Source of the DNA: Gammaproteobacteria bacterium
GTDB taxonomy: Bacteria > Pseudomonadota > Gammaproteobacteria > JABABF01
Length of the DNA: 64,000 nucleotides
Reading direction: 5' to 3'
NCBI GenBank assembly: GCA_965237805.1
Contig: OZ250153.1
Coordinates: forward strand, 1,504,001-1,568,000
In this document: positions 9,866-22,251 of the stretch, one piece after another
Layout: every line of letters begins with the position of its first letter
How positions within the stretch are numbered: position 1 is the first letter of the stretch
Translations under genes and position numbers: made by a program
Notes under the pieces: model-generated
Database searches by the model: none
Seen by the model: only the letters and a program-made list of their open reading frames with translations
What the model was told of the DNA's origin: nothing

Positions 9866-12800
9866 ATGCTGACCACTGCGCTTACCGTATCCAAAGCGTG
9901 GAGTTTTTGGATCGACCGCGGGGGCACTTTCACGGATGTGGTGGCGCGTGCCCCCGATGGCCGTCTGCACGTGCGCAAGCTGCTGTCGGACAATCCGACC
10001 CAATACGATGATGCGGTGCTTGAGTCGCTGCACGAGCTGCTGGGGGTGGCGCGGGGACAGCCCCTGCCAGCGGCGCGCTTGGCAGCGCTACGCTTTGGCA
10101 CTACCGTCGCCATCAATGCCCTGTTGCAACGCAGCGGGGAGCCGCCAGCGCTGCTGATCACGCGCGGCTTTGGCGATGCCTTGGCGATCGGCTACCAAGA
10201 TCGCCCGCGGCTATTCGATTTGGCCATCGAGCAAGCGCCGCCGCTCTACGCCCGCGTCGAGGAGCTGCGCGAGCGCATCGCCGCCGACGGCAGCATACTC
10301 GAGCCGCTGGACGAGGCGCAGTTGCACCGGCAGCTGGCCTCACTGCGGGCAGCTGGCATCCGCTCGCTGGCCATCGTTTTGCTACACAGCTGCACCCAGC
10401 CAGCGCACGAGCGGCGCGCAGCGCAGCTGGCGACCGAATATGGCTTTGAGCATGTGATCCAGAGTCATGTCGTGATGGCGTTGGCCAAGCTGGTGCCGCG
10501 CGGTGATACGGCTGTCGCAGATGCCTATCTGCAACCGGTGTTGGATCGCTATCTCGGCCGCCTTGGCGCTGCTTTTGACGGCGAGCTAGCTCCCGGCAAG
10601 CTGTTGTGTATGCGCTCGGATGGCAGCTTGGTCGACTGGCACGGTTTGTCTGGCAGCAATGCCGTGCTGTCGGGACCGGCGGCGGGAGTACTGGCCACCC
10701 AAGCGGTGGCGCATCGCTCCGGTCGCGAGCGCTGTGTCGGCTTTGATATGGGAGGCACTTCCACCGATGTCTCGATCTGCGATGGCCGCTTCGAGCGCGA
10801 GCTGGAGACGGTGGTGGCCGGTGTGCGCCTGTGCACGCCGATGCTGCCAGTGCATACGGTGGCGGCGGGTGGCAGCTCACTACTGCGCCGTCGCGATGGG
10901 CGTCTACAGGTCGGCCCCGACAGCGCCGGTGCCGACCCCGGCCCAGCCTGCTATCGCAATGGCGGCCCGCTATGCCTCAGCGATGCCAACTTGCTGTTGG
11001 GCAATGCGGTTGCCGAGCACTTTCCCGCCGTGTTTGGCCCGGCGGCCGATCACATCCCAGAGTTGGTGCTGGCGCGCGCTGGCTTCGAGCAATTGGTCAA
11101 AGACTATGGCGACGGTCAGTCGGCCGAGCAGCTGGCGGCGGATTTTGTCGCGGTGGCAGAGGCCAAGATGGCGCGGGCTGTGCGTCGGGTCTTGCTCGAC
11201 CATGGCCACGATCCCAGCGACTGGTCGCTGTGTTGTCTCGGCAGTGCCGCCGGGCAACATGCCGCCGCCGTCGCCGAATTGCTCGATATCGACGAGGTGT
11301 TGTGTCATCCGCTGGCCGGGGTGTTGTCGGCTTGGGGGATGGGCTTGGCAGAGCTGCGCGACGAGCGCGTCACCACCGTGCGCGAGGGCTTGGACGATGA
11401 CTGTCTCGGCCGTTTGGCTGTCCAGGCGGCGGACATGGGGCGACAGCTGGGGGATGCGCTGTGTCGGTGCCACAGCGCATCGCTTGCACAGCTGTCGCAG
11501 CGCTGGCTGTTGCGCTGTGCTTACCGCGGTACAGATGGCGAGATAGAGTTGCAATGGGATGGCCGTGCCGGTGCCGAGGCACTGGTGGCAGAGTTCCAGA
11601 GCCGCCACCAGCAGCGCTTTGGCTATAGGGAAGCCGATGCCTCGGTGGTGGTCGTGCTGCTCAGTGTGCAGATGCTGTTGCCGGGCAGTGACGACTTGGC
11701 ATGGGTGCAGAGCGATGCGGGGGGCGCGACCGCCGAGTCGGCACCGCTGTTTGTCGACGGCGCATGGCGCGAGGTGTCACTGTTGCGTCGCGCCAGCTTA
11801 GCGTCCGGTTTCTCGGCCGATGGTCCCTTGCTGCTAGCTGGCGAGTTGGACATGGTGGTGGTGCGTTCCGACTGGCAGCTGCAAGTGGAAGAGAACGGCC
11901 TGTGCTGCCTGCGCCGTCACCGCCGCAGCGCCATCCGGCGGCAGCGCGGCGACCGCGATCCGGCGCTGTTGGAGATATTCAATCATCGCTTCATGGGCAT
12001 CGCCGAGCAGATGGGTGCCGTGTTGCGCTCCACGGCGCGTTCGCTAAACATCCGCGAGCGGCTCGACTTTTCCTGTGCGCTATTCGATCGCGACGCCGCG
12101 CTGATCGCCAATGCCCCGCATATCCCAGTGCATCTGGGGTCGATGGGCGGTGCCGTGCGTGCAATTGCCGAGCGTTGCGCCGAGCAGCTGATGCCGGGCA
12201 GTGCCTTCGCGCTCAACGATCCCTATTTGGGAGGCACCCACCTGCCCGATATCACTGTGGTGATGCCGGTGTACGATGGGCGGGGACGCCTGCTGTGCTT
12301 CACCGCCGCGCGTGGGCACCACGCCGATGTCGGCGGCATCGCGCCGGGTTCGATGCCAGCCGACTCGCGCGATATTGCCGAGGAGGGGGTGCGCCTGCGC
12401 GGCGAGCCCTTGCTGCTTGATGGCCACTTCGACCATGCTGGCCTGCGCCAGCGCCTGAGTGATGGACCGTGGCCAGCGCGTGACCCAGAGCAGAACTTGG
12501 CCGATTTGCGCGCCCAGCTAGCTGCCTGTCACCGCGGGGCGCAGGAGGCGCTGCGGGTATTCGACGAGTACGGGAGCGCTACGGTGTGGCGCTATATCAA
12601 CTTCTTGTTCGACAGCTCGGCGGCGCAGCTGCGTCGAGCTTTGGTGCGCTTGCGTGGGGGCGCTTTCAGTGCGCCACTTGACAATGGCGCTAAGATTGCG
12701 GTGCATGTGTCGCTACATCAAGGGCGCGTGGTGATGGATTTCAGCGCCAGCTCGGCGCAGTGCGAGGACAATTTCAACGCGCCGTTGCCGGTGTGCCGTG

Positions 12801-13489
12801 CTGCCGCGCTCTATGTGTTGCGCACTTTGATCGGCGGCGAGTTGCCGCTAAACGAGGGTTGTCTGCAGCCTTTGGAACTGATCGTCCCGCCGGGCTCTGT
12901 GCTCAATCCGCAGCCGCCGGCAGCGGTGGTGGCTGGCAATGTCGAGACCAGTCAAGTGGTGGTTGACACCCTCTATGCGGCACTCGGCATCATGGCGGCC
13001 TCGCAGGGGACGATGAACAACCTGAGCTTTGGTGATGACAGCTGTCAGTACTACGAAACGCTTTGTGGCGGCACTGGTGCCGGTGCTGATTTCGATGGTG
13101 CCAGCGCTGTGCACAGCCATATGACCAACTCCCGCATCACCGATCCAGAATTGCTCGAAGCGCTCTATCCGGTTCGGCTGGAGTGTTTTGCTAGGCGCCG
13201 CGGCTCTGGCGGTGCCGGGCACCGCATCGGCGGCGATGGCGTGATCAGAGAATTGCGCTTCCTGCGAGCCTTAACTGTTTCCGTGCTCGGTGGCCGCCGC
13301 CGGCACGCGCCCTTTGGCTTGGCCGGTGGTGCGCCGGGGGCGGCGGGGCGCAATCTGCTGTGGCGTGCGGACGGCAGCCTACATATAATTCCGTTTCGGG
13401 CACGCTTGCAGCTCGCCGTTGGTGATTTGTTGCGTGTGGAGACCCCTGGTGGTGGCGGTTTCGGGGCTGCCAAGGAGTGCGACGGGTGA
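9866..13489 (+). CDS. ATP-dependent 5-oxoprolinase / hydantoinase A+B fusion
   Basis: [66 protein letters not shown]. Confidence 0.93.
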   Translation: MLTTALTVSKAWSFWIDRGGTFTDVVARAPDGRLHVRKLLSDNPTQYDDAVLESLHELLGVARGQPLPAARLAALRFGTTVAINALLQRSGEPPALLITRGFGDALAIGYQDRPRLFDLAIEQAPPLYARVEELRERIAADGSILEPLDEAQLHRQLASLRAAGIRSLAIVLLHSCTQPAHERRAAQLATEYGFEHVIQSHVVMALAKLVPRGDTAVADAYLQPVLDRYLGRLGAAFDGELAPGKLLCMRSDGSLVDWHGLSGSNAVLSGPAAGVLATQAVAHRSGRERCVGFDMGGTSTDVSICDGRFERELETVVAGVRLCTPMLPVHTVAAGGSSLLRRRDGRLQVGPDSAGADPGPACYRNGGPLCLSDANLLLGNAVAEHFPAVFGPAADHIPELVLARAGFEQLVKDYGDGQSAEQLAADFVAVAEAKMARAVRRVLLDHGHDPSDWSLCCLGSAAGQHAAAVAELLDIDEVLCHPLAGVLSAWGMGLAELRDERVTTVREGLDDDCLGRLAVQAADMGRQLGDALCRCHSASLAQLSQRWLLRCAYRGTDGEIELQWDGRAGAEALVAEFQSRHQQRFGYREADASVVVVLLSVQMLLPGSDDLAWVQSDAGGATAESAPLFVDGAWREVSLLRRASLASGFSADGPLLLAGELDMVVVRSDWQLQVEENGLCCLRRHRRSAIRRQRGDRDPALLEIFNHRFMGIAEQMGAVLRSTARSLNIRERLDFSCALFDRDAALIANAPHIPVHLGSMGGAVRAIAERCAEQLMPGSAFALNDPYLGGTHLPDITVVMPVYDGRGRLLCFTAARGHHADVGGIAPGSMPADSRDIAEEGVRLRGEPLLLDGHFDHAGLRQRLSDGPWPARDPEQNLADLRAQLAACHRGAQEALRVFDEYGSATVWRYINFLFDSSAAQLRRALVRLRGGAFSAPLDNGAKIAVHVSLHQGRVVMDFSASSAQCEDNFNAPLPVCRAAALYVLRTLIGGELPLNEGCLQPLELIVPPGSVLNPQPPAAVVAGNVETSQVVVDTLYAALGIMAASQGTMNNLSFGDDSCQYYETLCGGTGAGADFDGASAVHSHMTNSRITDPELLEALYPVRLECFARRRGSGGAGHRIGGDGVIRELRFLRALTVSVLGGRRRHAPFGLAGGAPGAAGRNLLWRADGSLHIIPFRARLQLAVGDLLRVETPGGGGFGAAKECDG

Positions 13490-13560
13490 TTGCGATGTGG
13501 GTGCAGGCGGGATGACAGCAGACTGTTGCAGTGTTTCCTGCAGTGGGTGCGGAGGGATGC

Positions 13561-14685
13561 ATGGGCATATCGACCACTGAGGCGGCAGCTGTCGTTGACC
13601 GCCTGCACTCGCAGCTGGCCGCTTGGCGTGATCCGCTGAGTGGGGCGCAGCCCTTGCATGGTGATGTGGTGCGCTCGCTGACATTGGTCGGCGATATCGT
13701 GCAACTCGAGCTGTGCCTGCCCTATCCGGCCGCGACATTGCGCGCCTCGCTGGAGGCCGAGTTGAGCGAGCTGTTGCGCACCGCCGCATCGCTACCCGAG
13801 CTGAAAGTGCAGATCGGCATCGACTGGGCGGTGGTACCGATCAAGCCACCGACCGGAGCACGCGGCCTGCCGGGAGTGCGCAACCTGTTGGCGGTGGCCT
13901 CTGCCAAGGGCGGTGTTGGCAAATCGACACTGGCGCTGAATTTGGCTTTGGCGCTGTTGGCCGAAGGGGCTTCGGTCGGCCTCTTGGATGCCGATATCTA
14001 CGGTCCCAGTCAGCAGCGGATGCTGGGGGTCGGTGCCGAGGACATGCCGCCGCCGCCATCTGAGCAGAGCTTGCCGCCGATCGAGGTGTATGGCCTGCAG
14101 ACCATGTCGATGGGCTACTTGCTCGCGGCCTCTCGTCCGGTGGTGTGGCGCGGCCCGATGGTCAGCGGTGCGCTCCAGCAGCTGCTGGAGCGCACCCGTT
14201 GGCAGGATCTCGATTATCTGATCGTCGATATGCCGCCGGGCACTGGCGATATCCAGTTGACTTTGGCACAACGGGCACCAGTGGTCGGTGTGATGATTGT
14301 CACCACGCCGCAGGAAGTGGCGGTACAGGATGCGCGCCGCAGCATTGAGGCTTTTGGCAAGATCGGCGTACCGGTGCTCGGTGTTGTGGAAAATATGGCC
14401 TACTATGTCTGCGCGGGTTGCGGGCGGCGCGAATTCCCATTCGGTCAAGGCGGCGGTGTGCGCCTCGCCGCTGACTACCAGTTGCCCCTGCTCGGCTCGC
14501 TGCCCTTGGAGCCGCGCATCGGTGTCGGCGGCGATGGCGGCCAACCGTTGCTACAGTTAGATCCCGATGGTGATTGGGCGGGTGAGTTGCGCGTTGCCGC
14601 CCGCCGCTTGGCGGCGCTGGCATCGACCGGGAAGAGAGCGCCAGAATATTTGGCCCGTTCAGCACAATTGGGAGTGCCAGCATGA
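13561..14685 (+). CDS. apbC: Fe-S cluster carrier ATPase ApbC/Mrp
   Basis: [34 protein letters not shown]..CxxC. Confidence 0.93.
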   Translation: MGISTTEAAAVVDRLHSQLAAWRDPLSGAQPLHGDVVRSLTLVGDIVQLELCLPYPAATLRASLEAELSELLRTAASLPELKVQIGIDWAVVPIKPPTGARGLPGVRNLLAVASAKGGVGKSTLALNLALALLAEGASVGLLDADIYGPSQQRMLGVGAEDMPPPPSEQSLPPIEVYGLQTMSMGYLLAASRPVVWRGPMVSGALQQLLERTRWQDLDYLIVDMPPGTGDIQLTLAQRAPVVGVMIVTTPQEVAVQDARRSIEAFGKIGVPVLGVVENMAYYVCAGCGRREFPFGQGGGVRLAADYQLPLLGSLPLEPRIGVGGDGGQPLLQLDPDGDWAGELRVAARRLAALASTGKRAPEYLARSAQLGVPA

Positions 14686-15248
14686 GTATCAAACCAGATC
14701 GGTGGATTCGCGAGCGGGCGGCGGCCGGCATGATCGAGCCTTTCGAAGCTCGACAAGTGCGGCACAGCCCTGCTGGCACTCCGGTGGTGTCCTACGGCAC
14801 TTCCAGCTATGGTTACGATGTGCGTTGTGCCGCTGAATTTCGCATCTTCACCAACCTGCATTCCTCGGTGGTGGATCCAAAAAACTTTGATGAACGGGGC
14901 TTTGTCGAGGTCAATGACACTGTTTGCACCATCCCGCCCAATGCCTTTGCCTTGGCCCGCACCATCGAGTATTTCCGCATGCCGGATCGGGTGCTGGCGC
15001 TGTGTGTGGGCAAGTCCACCTACGCCCGCTGTGGCATTATCGTCAGCGTGACACCGCTGGAGCCCGGCTGGGAAGGCCATGTGACGCTGGAATTTTCCAA
15101 CACCACCAACCTGCCAGCGCGCATCTACGCCGACGAGGGTGTGGCGCAGGTTTTGTTCTTTGAGTCAGATGAGCCCTGTGACAGCAACTACCGCGAGCGG
15201 GGTGGCCGCTACCAAGGGCAGACGGGCGTCACTTTGCCGCGACCATAA
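14682..15248 (+). CDS. dcd: dCTP deaminase
   Basis: [35 protein letters not shown]. Confidence 0.96.
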   Translation: MSIKPDRWIRERAAAGMIEPFEARQVRHSPAGTPVVSYGTSSYGYDVRCAAEFRIFTNLHSSVVDPKNFDERGFVEVNDTVCTIPPNAFALARTIEYFRMPDRVLALCVGKSTYARCGIIVSVTPLEPGWEGHVTLEFSNTTNLPARIYADEGVAQVLFFESDEPCDSNYRERGGRYQGQTGVTLPRP

Positions 15249-16209
15249 GCTCCAACCGGGAGATCGAGCGCGGCAGTCTACAGGCCGTCATCGGGTGCTC
15301 GTGCGCAAATTTGAGAATCGTATCGTGTCGTGATGGCCGCTTTTGTATGAGCCAGACCACTTGGTAGTCTAAGTCCTCTGCCAGCCACATGCGCTCGCTA
15401 CGGTTGCGCTCGGTATCGAGACTGAACAGCTCGACGGTGCGCAGGCGGCCCGCTGTGGTATGGATTGATCCTCTCACTTCGCTCACCATGCTGATCGCCC
15501 GTCGGCGGAATTTCCCTTTGTAGAGTATTTCGTACTCGCTGGGCTTGATATAGCCACTGCCGTTGCGCAATGCCAATTGCACCTGAACTAGCAGGCTGGC
15601 ATTATCGAGTACCCCCGGATGCAGTGCTACTTCCACGGTGCTGAGCGGGCGATAGAATTTCGATCGATAGCGTACTTGAGCCGTGCCCGCTTCCCAATCG
15701 TAGTTGTGGAATTGCATCTTGATGCCGTTGATGAATTGTTGGTAATGTAGCGGGTAGACCTGTTGGTCGCGCAGCTCGAAGATGCTGTATTCTCTGGCGC
15801 TGATGCTGCTCGCACTGATAGAGCGCCCGATCAAATAGCGGTTCGGCGCTGCCAATTTTCGCAAGCTGGTCCAGCCCACTGAGGACAGCACTCCTCTGCG
15901 TGTGTCGTAGCTGGTGCAGTATGGGTCCAGTGGGGAGTTCAGATCCTGTGGCTGGATCAACGCATCGTCTGCTGCCGTCGCCGACAGTGTGTCATCCTCC
16001 GACAGCTGATCGGTGCTGTCGCTTTGCAGCGGTGCATCGGTTGGCTCGGTTGGGGGTGGCATGGCTGGCTTGCCAGCTGGCTCGGCACCAGTGGCGGTGG
16101 TGATCAGCAACGCCAGCCCCAAGGCAGCAACGCTACCCGGGCACAGCTGCCACTGTTGTGGCGTTGGTCTGAGACGACCGTACAGAGGACAGGGGCGGAA
16201 ATTTTGCAT
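15229..16209 (-). CDS. Secreted protein, DUF3108-like
   Basis: Signal-like hydrophobic stretch, then [32 protein letters not shown] pattern; start uncertain. Confidence 0.55.
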   Translation of the reverse strand: MQNFRPCPLYGRLRPTPQQWQLCPGSVAALGLALLITTATGAEPAGKPAMPPPTEPTDAPLQSDSTDQLSEDDTLSATAADDALIQPQDLNSPLDPYCTSYDTRRGVLSSVGWTSLRKLAAPNRYLIGRSISASSISAREYSIFELRDQQVYPLHYQQFINGIKMQFHNYDWEAGTAQVRYRSKFYRPLSTVEVALHPGVLDNASLLVQVQLALRNGSGYIKPSEYEILYKGKFRRRAISMVSEVRGSIHTTAGRLRTVELFSLDTERNRSERMWLAEDLDYQVVWLIQKRPSRHDTILKFAHEHPMTACRLPRSISRLELMVAAK

Positions 16210-16442
16210 GGTATTTTGCTGGCGTAGCAAGCGCCATGGAAACCATGACCCAGAGTAGGGGCAAGCATGCCCCTCGCTACCGATGCACACCCTGCGAGGA
16301 TCTCCCCCCGACACTCACGCAGACAGCGCAGGCTGCCAATTATTATCGTCTATATTACTATAACCAGCGTACAGGGCGCAGAGTTGCTGTTGCTTGCTGA
16401 TGGCGCTTTTAGGACAGGGGTGGTGATGGCCGAGAGCGCGAG

Positions 16443-17108
16443 ATGAGTGCTTGGCGGGTGTTGCGTCTCTACGCCTTGCTGTGGTTTGCCCCGCGCCATG
16501 TCACACGCGATTTTCCCAGCGGCGGCAGTCTCTCCCTGTGGCTGGGGCCACCATTTTTGGGGCTGTTGTTTAGCGGATTGGCGATGGAGCTGCACTCGTT
16601 GTTGGCGCAGTTGCTCCCGCTGCTCTACAGCCAATTGTTCGAGCTGCTGCCGTCGCTGCGCCACCACGGCATCGTATCGTCCGCGCGCGAACCTGCCAAC
16701 ACGCTGCTGCTGATGTGGTTGGAGTTCATCGTCACTTTTCACTTGTTCGCCTTTTGCTATGCTCGCCTAGCGCACTTGGCCGATGGCCGCATCGATGGTA
16801 TCGATTGCCAGCGAGCGGTGTTGTGGGCTCTGTGGTTGCTGGTGCCACCGATATTGCTGGGTGGCGGCACGGTCTATTTCGCCATGCTGGCACCGTTGGC
16901 GCAGGGTCTGGCTCCGGGAGCCTCGGTGACGACTTTGCTCTTGTTACTCTTGTCACTGGCTGGCCTGTTGTGGGGTAGCCTAGTCGGTTGCTTGTTATTG
17001 GCTGAGCGTAGCGGTCTGCACTTTGCTAGGGCTGCCGTGTTCATGTTGATCAGCTCTGTGGTAGTGGCTGTGTTACTGTGGCCGTTGCGCTTCTGGCACT
17101 GGTCATAG
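16443..17108 (+). CDS. Hypothetical integral membrane protein
   Basis: About five hydrophobic segments; fills the gap before the cytochrome b gene. Confidence 0.55.
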   Translation: MSAWRVLRLYALLWFAPRHVTRDFPSGGSLSLWLGPPFLGLLFSGLAMELHSLLAQLLPLLYSQLFELLPSLRHHGIVSSAREPANTLLLMWLEFIVTFHLFAFCYARLAHLADGRIDGIDCQRAVLWALWLLVPPILLGGGTVYFAMLAPLAQGLAPGASVTTLLLLLLSLAGLLWGSLVGCLLLAERSGLHFARAAVFMLISSVVVAVLLWPLRFWHWS

Positions 17109-17160
17109 TGGCGGGTATTCCCGCCATCTGGGCATCTCGACCATAGCGGAGGATAGAGCG

Positions 17161-17754
17161 ATGGCATCTTGGCGCAATTCAAGCGGAGCCTATGGCTGGG
17201 TCAGCTGGGTTTTCCACTGGGGCATGGGGATGATGATCATCGGCCTGATCGTCATCGGCTATCAAGCGGCGCAGCTGCCGCCCGCGGCGGAGAAGGTGGC
17301 ACTGCTGTGGTGGCACAAATCCTTTGGCTTGTTGGCCTTGGTGTTGGTGGGCGCCCGCCTCGCATGGCGCCGCGCCAATCCGCCGCCAGCCCTGCCCGAT
17401 GCGATGTCTCAGCTGCGCCACCGCTTGGCGCAGATCAGCCACTTCACACTCTACGCGCTGATGGTGATCCAGCCGCTGAGCGGTGTGATCATGTCGCGGG
17501 CCGCCGGTTATCCCAGTCCTTTCTTCGCTTTGGGGAAAGTGCCGCCGATGGCCGCGGAGAATGAAGCCTTGAGCGGGGCGATGCACACAGTGCATGAATA
17601 TGGCTGGTGGCTATTGGCACTGTTGATCAGCCTGCACTTGGCCGCAGCTTTACACCATCATTTTGTGTTGCGCGACGGGGTGCTGCGGCGCATGTTGTGG
17701 CCACATGGTAGCGCGGCCACCGAGGCGGGTGATCGGCCAACTGCCCGGCGCTGA
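17161..17754 (+). CDS. Cytochrome b561 family protein
   Basis: FHW, WHKSFG, SHFTLY, VHE and LHLAAALHHH...RDGVL.RM motifs. Confidence 0.9.
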   Translation: MASWRNSSGAYGWVSWVFHWGMGMMIIGLIVIGYQAAQLPPAAEKVALLWWHKSFGLLALVLVGARLAWRRANPPPALPDAMSQLRHRLAQISHFTLYALMVIQPLSGVIMSRAAGYPSPFFALGKVPPMAAENEALSGAMHTVHEYGWWLLALLISLHLAAALHHHFVLRDGVLRRMLWPHGSAATEAGDRPTARR

Positions 17755-17775
17755 GCGCCGCCGCACTATTGCCGC

Positions 17776-18459
17776 TTAGGGTGTCGGCTGCCCCTCAACA
17801 TAGCGGTAGCCCGTAGACGGCAGGCGTTCTCCGTCCAGCAATACGCTGTGGTCGTCCGTCACGCGCAGCTGCCCCTCGGCAAACCAGCGTATTGCCAGTG
17901 GCAGGATCAAATGCTCTTGGCAACGCACGCGTTCGGCCAGTGTCGCGGCGTCATCGCCAGCTTCGATTGGGATGGCGGCCTGCACGATGCGCGGCCCGCC
18001 ATCCAGCACTTCGTCGACAAAATGCACGGTGCAGCCGTGCTCTGCGTCACTGGCGTCAAGTGCCTGCTGATGGGAGTGCAGGCCCGGATACTTGGGTAGC
18101 AAGGAGGGGTGCAAGTTGATCAGCTGGCCGGAGAATGGTGTGACGAATACATCGCTCAGTATGCGCAGAAATCCAGCCAGCACGACCAGTTGCGGTGCCT
18201 CGGCTGTGACGATGTCCCTGAGTTGACGGTCAAACTCGTGGCGTTGATCGAAAGCTCGGTGATCGATAGCGATGGCGCGCACCCCTGCGCGCCGTGCCCG
18301 CTCCAGCCCCCCCGCTGCCGGGCGGTTGCTGATCACCGCCGTGACTTGCACCGGCAGCTGGCCAGCTGCCGCGCCGTCGAGAATGGCCTGCAGATTGCTA
18401 CCCTCACCAGATAACAGCACCACCACCCGGCAGGGTGTCGCCTTGCGAGCCGCGCTCAT
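17776..18459 (-). CDS. purN: Phosphoribosylglycinamide formyltransferase
   Basis: SGEGSNL, LAGFLRIL, INLHPSLLP, GCTVHFV..LDGGP; ATGA overlap with purM. Confidence 0.95.
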   Translation of the reverse strand: MSAARKATPCRVVVLLSGEGSNLQAILDGAAAGQLPVQVTAVISNRPAAGGLERARRAGVRAIAIDHRAFDQRHEFDRQLRDIVTAEAPQLVVLAGFLRILSDVFVTPFSGQLINLHPSLLPKYPGLHSHQQALDASDAEHGCTVHFVDEVLDGGPRIVQAAIPIEAGDDAATLAERVRCQEHLILPLAIRWFAEGQLRVTDDHSVLLDGERLPSTGYRYVEGQPTP

Positions 18460-19577
18460 GCGCCGCGTTGCCCAAACTCGATTTGATGGCTCTGTGTGGG
18501 CGGGCATGCCGCCACATATCCCAGCTGCCAAGCATCCAAACCCGTTGCCTGCAAGCTCTCCAGCACCGTTACCGCTCGCTGCGGCCGTGTGCACAGCACC
18601 ATGCCGACACCGCAGTTGAAAGTTCGGTACATCTCCAGTTCACCTTCGGGACCGTGCAGGGAGGCTGCATCTCTGATCCAGCTGAACAGCTCGGGCCACT
18701 GCCAAGAATCGGTGTGCACCACGGCGCGTAGCCCCGGTGCCAAGATGCGCGGCAGGTTCTCGATCAGCCCGCCACCAGTAATGTGGGCGGCGGCCTCGAT
18801 CAGCCCCTCCCGTGCCAAATCACATAGCGCTGTGGCGTAGAGCTGGGTCGGTCGTAGCAATTGATCCAGCGGTGCGTCGGCACCGCGTCCGGTCGTATCG
18901 GCCAGCAATGTACGCACCAGCGAAAAGCCGTTGGCGTGCGCCCCCGAGGAGGCGATGCCCAGCAGGCTGTCGCCCAGCTGTGGGCGGTGGCTACCGAGCA
19001 GTTGTGCACGCTCGGCCACGCCGACGCAGAAGCCGGCCACATCGAAGTCGGTACCCCGGTAAAGGCCGGGCATTTCCGCCGTTTCGCCGCCAGCCAAGCT
19101 GCAACCGATCTCGCCGCAGGCGGCGGCCACTCCCTCGAGCACTGCCAGCGCATCTGCTGGTACCAGCTTGCCGGTGGCGAAGTAATCAAGGAAGAACAGC
19201 GGCTCTGCGCCGCTGGTCGCGACATCGTTGGCGCACATCGCCACCAAGTCGCGGCCGATGGTCTCGAGCTGCCCATGTTGATGAGCCAGCAACAGTTTGG
19301 TGCCGACACCGTCGGTGCCGGCGACCAGCACCGGTTCGCGGTAGCCTGTCGGCAAGGCGAAGAGCGAGCAAAAGCCGCCCAGCGCATCGATCTGCTCAGC
19401 CCGCCGTGTCGCCTCGGCCAGTGGTTGTAGGCGGCGCATCAACTCTGCGCCCACGTCGATGTCGACACCAGCGTCGCGGTAACCCAGTGGCGTGGTGGGC
19501 GATGGCGGCTGGTGTGCGCCGCCATCGGTCGCCGTGTGCGAGCGCGGGCGGCGGCCTTTGTTCGCAACGCTACTCAC
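18456..19577 (-). CDS. purM: AIR synthase
   Basis: YRDAGVDID, TDGVGTKL, GGETAEMPG, HITGGG, TFNCGVGM; start uncertain. Confidence 0.95.
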   Translation of the reverse strand: MSSVANKGRRPRSHTATDGGAHQPPSPTTPLGYRDAGVDIDVGAELMRRLQPLAEATRRAEQIDALGGFCSLFALPTGYREPVLVAGTDGVGTKLLLAHQHGQLETIGRDLVAMCANDVATSGAEPLFFLDYFATGKLVPADALAVLEGVAAACGEIGCSLAGGETAEMPGLYRGTDFDVAGFCVGVAERAQLLGSHRPQLGDSLLGIASSGAHANGFSLVRTLLADTTGRGADAPLDQLLRPTQLYATALCDLAREGLIEAAAHITGGGLIENLPRILAPGLRAVVHTDSWQWPELFSWIRDAASLHGPEGELEMYRTFNCGVGMVLCTRPQRAVTVLESLQATGLDAWQLGYVAACPPTQSHQIEFGQRGA

Positions 19578-19687
19578 GATTCCCGTCTGCCCACCTACTG
19601 CGCTGGGGCACTATTCTAACCGCCGCCGTCACCGCACTGGCAAGGCTACAATAGCTTTCCCATCGCTCGCACAGGCTGTCCGCGCCC

Positions 19688-20812
19688 ATGATGCCGCGCT
19701 ATTTTGCTTTTGTGCTGGCGCTGGTTGCCGTGTCCATGATATGGCCCGCATCGACACACGCCGAGGTTTTCCGCGGCCTGTTCACCGGCACGGTTCCGGT
19801 GTGGAGCCGCGATGTGGGTGAGCGCAAAGAGGCGACGACACGGGCGCTGTTGCAAGTGTTGATCCGCGCCAGTGGACGCTCATCGCTGAGCGAGAATGCC
19901 GCCTTGTTGGAGGGCTTGGCCAATACCCAGCGCTTGGTGCGCTCCTATCGCTATCTGTCGACGGAAGCGGATGAGCGCCTGCAACTCGAGCTGCGCTTTG
20001 AACCACGCTTCGTCGAGGCATTGTTGATCAATGCCGGTCTGTCGGTGTGGCCCGGCAACCGCCCCAATGTTGTTGTCTGGATGGTGCGTGGGGCACCGCA
20101 GTCGCGCTTGCGAGAGGTGGATGCCCAGCTCAGCAGGGTCGTGCGCGACTATTCTGCCCGCCATGGCTTCTTGGTGCGCTTGCCGCTACTCGATCTGGAG
20201 GATCGCCGAGCTGTTGCGCCCCGCGATATCTTGCGCCTGCGCCGCCAGCGTTTGTGGCGCGCTTCGGGGCGCTACCTCGCCGACAGCATCCTCAGCGGTG
20301 TGGTGGTCGGTGAGCGCAACTCATGGATCGGGCGTTGGTCCTATCTCTACGGTGACCAGCTGCTCAATTTTGCGGTCAGCGGCGACACCGAGTTCGCTGT
20401 GTTGCGCACCGCGCTCGACACGATCCGGGCCGCTTTGACCGAGCGCCAGTCTCTCGACTCTACCACCGCACTGAGCGAGTCGATGCTGTTGTCGCTGGTA
20501 GGCGTGGAGCGTTTCGCCGACTACGCCGAGCTGCTGCGTTATCTGCAGAACTTGGATCAGGTGCGCTCGGCATCGGTGGTGCAGCTCGACAATCAGCGGC
20601 TATTCCTATCCCTCGACGCGCAGGCCTCGCCCGATCGCCTGCGTGAGCTGTTCGCCCTTGATCGGCGTCTGACCGAGGAAGAGACCGCCGCGGTCGAGCT
20701 GGCACAGGCACAGGGCGACGATGGGGCTGAGGCAGAGGGTGACGATGGGGCTGAGGCAGAGGGCGTCCAGAGCGCTACTACGCTCTCCTATCGATGGGTG
20801 CGCAGTCGTTGA
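19688..20812 (+). CDS. DUF2066-family exported protein
   Basis: Signal peptide, W..NRP.V.VW, LPLLDLED; conserved position between purM and hda. Confidence 0.75.
   Translation: MMPRYFAFVLALVAVSMIWPASTHAEVFRGLFTGTVPVWSRDVGERKEATTRALLQVLIRASGRSSLSENAALLEGLANTQRLVRSYRYLSTEADERLQLELRFEPRFVEALLINAGLSVWPGNRPNVVVWMVRGAPQSRLREVDAQLSRVVRDYSARHGFLVRLPLLDLEDRRAVAPRDILRLRRQRLWRASGRYLADSILSGVVVGERNSWIGRWSYLYGDQLLNFAVSGDTEFAVLRTALDTIRAALTERQSLDSTTALSESMLLSLVGVERFADYAELLRYLQNLDQVRSASVVQLDNQRLFLSLDAQASPDRLRELFALDRRLTEEETAAVELAQAQGDDGAEAEGDDGAEAEGVQSATTLSYRWVRSR
20713..20764 (+). repeat. 24-bp in-frame tandem repeat (GDDGAEAE x2)
   Basis: gggcgacgatggggctgaggcaga / gggtgacgatggggctgaggcaga / gggc. Confidence 0.85.
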
Positions 20813-21534
20813 GAGCAGTCGCCACTGGCCAGTTGCCACTGCCTTTGCAGCTGCACGGCGACGACGGCACCGCGACGCTGGAGGACTTCCACATCTCGTC
20901 CGCCAACCGCGAGGCTTGGACGGCCTTGAGTCGGCTGTCGGCACAGCCAGCATCCGCCGTGTTATTTCTGCATGGTCCATCCGGTGCCGGTCTCAGCCAT
21001 CTGTTGCAAGGCGGTTGCCGCGCTTGGCCAGCCGCGCGCGGTCGCGCTGGCTACCTGCCGCTGGCGGACAGTTCCTTGTATTCCTTCGCGCCGGCCGCGC
21101 TGTTTGACTCCTTGGAGCGCTGGGGCCTGTTGGCCTGTGACGATCTGCAGGTGGTTGCCGGACGGCGGGACTGGGAGGAGGCACTGCTCAATTTCTGGGA
21201 GCGTCGCGGTGCGCACGGCACCGTGCTGTTGCTCGGCGCACGCTTGCCGCCCTCGGTGCTACCCTTTGCCTTGGCTGATCTGCGATCGCGCTGTGCTTCT
21301 GCCGTGGTTTACCGGCTACAGGCTCTAGGCGCTGAGGATGGCCCGGCGCTGTTGCGTCATTGCGCCGAGCGTCGCGGCCTGCAGCTCAGCGATGAGGTGG
21401 TGCGCTTTATCGTGCGCCGCTCCGGTCGCGATGCCGCTACGCTGCGCGATGTCGTGCACCGCTTGGATCATGCCAGTATGGTAGCCGGGCAGCGGGCGAC
21501 GGTGCCGCTGGTCAAGGCGGTTTGTGGTTGGTGA
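20809..21534 (+). CDS. hda: DnaA regulatory inactivator Hda
   Basis: Clamp-binding QLPLPL, degenerate Walker A GPSGAGLSHL, LADLRSR; synteny. Confidence 0.88.
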   Translation: MRAVATGQLPLPLQLHGDDGTATLEDFHISSANREAWTALSRLSAQPASAVLFLHGPSGAGLSHLLQGGCRAWPAARGRAGYLPLADSSLYSFAPAALFDSLERWGLLACDDLQVVAGRRDWEEALLNFWERRGAHGTVLLLGARLPPSVLPFALADLRSRCASAVVYRLQALGAEDGPALLRHCAERRGLQLSDEVVRFIVRRSGRDAATLRDVVHRLDHASMVAGQRATVPLVKAVCGW

Positions 21535-21621
21535 ACTGCCAAGTTTGAGCAGCTGCCTGCAGCATGGGAGGTGGTGTATGCTGGCGCAGCTTGGAAGCGA
21601 TAGCGCGGGAGCGGCGAACTG

Positions 21622-22251
21622 ATGTCGGAGCAGCAACAAAAGAACAAAGCGAGCAATGTGCATTGGCACGAGGGGGAGGTCTCGCGCGCTGATCGCGAGC
21701 AGCTGTTGCGCCAGCGCGGCGGCACACTCTGGTTCACTGGCTTGTCCGGTAGCGGTAAGAGTACGATCGCGGTGGCCTTGGAGCAGCGTCTCCACAGCGC
21801 GGGCTGTCTTTGCTACCGTTTGGATGGCGACAATGTCCGCCTTGGCATCAACCGTAATCTGGGTTTCAGCGCCGAGGACCGCACTGAAAACATCCGTCGC
21901 ATCGGCGAGATCTGCAAATTATTTGTCGATGCTGGCGTACTCGTGATGAGCAGCTTCATCAGCCCATACCGGGCCGATCGTGACACGGCTCGCCGCTTGC
22001 ACGATGAGGCTGGTATGCCTTTCTTTGAGGTCTATGTCAGCTGTGCGCTGGAGGCTGCCGAGCACCGCGATCCCAAGGGTCTCTACCGCCGTGCCCGCGC
22101 TGGTGAGATCCCGGAGTTCACCGGTATCAGCGCACCCTATGAGGCTCCTGAAGCTCCCGATTTGGTGCTGCAATCCGACGAGCTCTCGCTGGCGCAAGAG
22201 GTGACTCAACTGCTGGCCTTTTTGGCCGAGCGCGGTTTCACCCAGCAATGA
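21622..22251 (+). CDS. cysC: Adenylyl-sulfate kinase
   Basis: WFTGLSGSGKSTIA, LDGDNVR, RDPKGLY, FTGISAPYEAP. Confidence 0.96.
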   Translation: MSEQQQKNKASNVHWHEGEVSRADREQLLRQRGGTLWFTGLSGSGKSTIAVALEQRLHSAGCLCYRLDGDNVRLGINRNLGFSAEDRTENIRRIGEICKLFVDAGVLVMSSFISPYRADRDTARRLHDEAGMPFFEVYVSCALEAAEHRDPKGLYRRARAGEIPEFTGISAPYEAPEAPDLVLQSDELSLAQEVTQLLAFLAERGFTQQ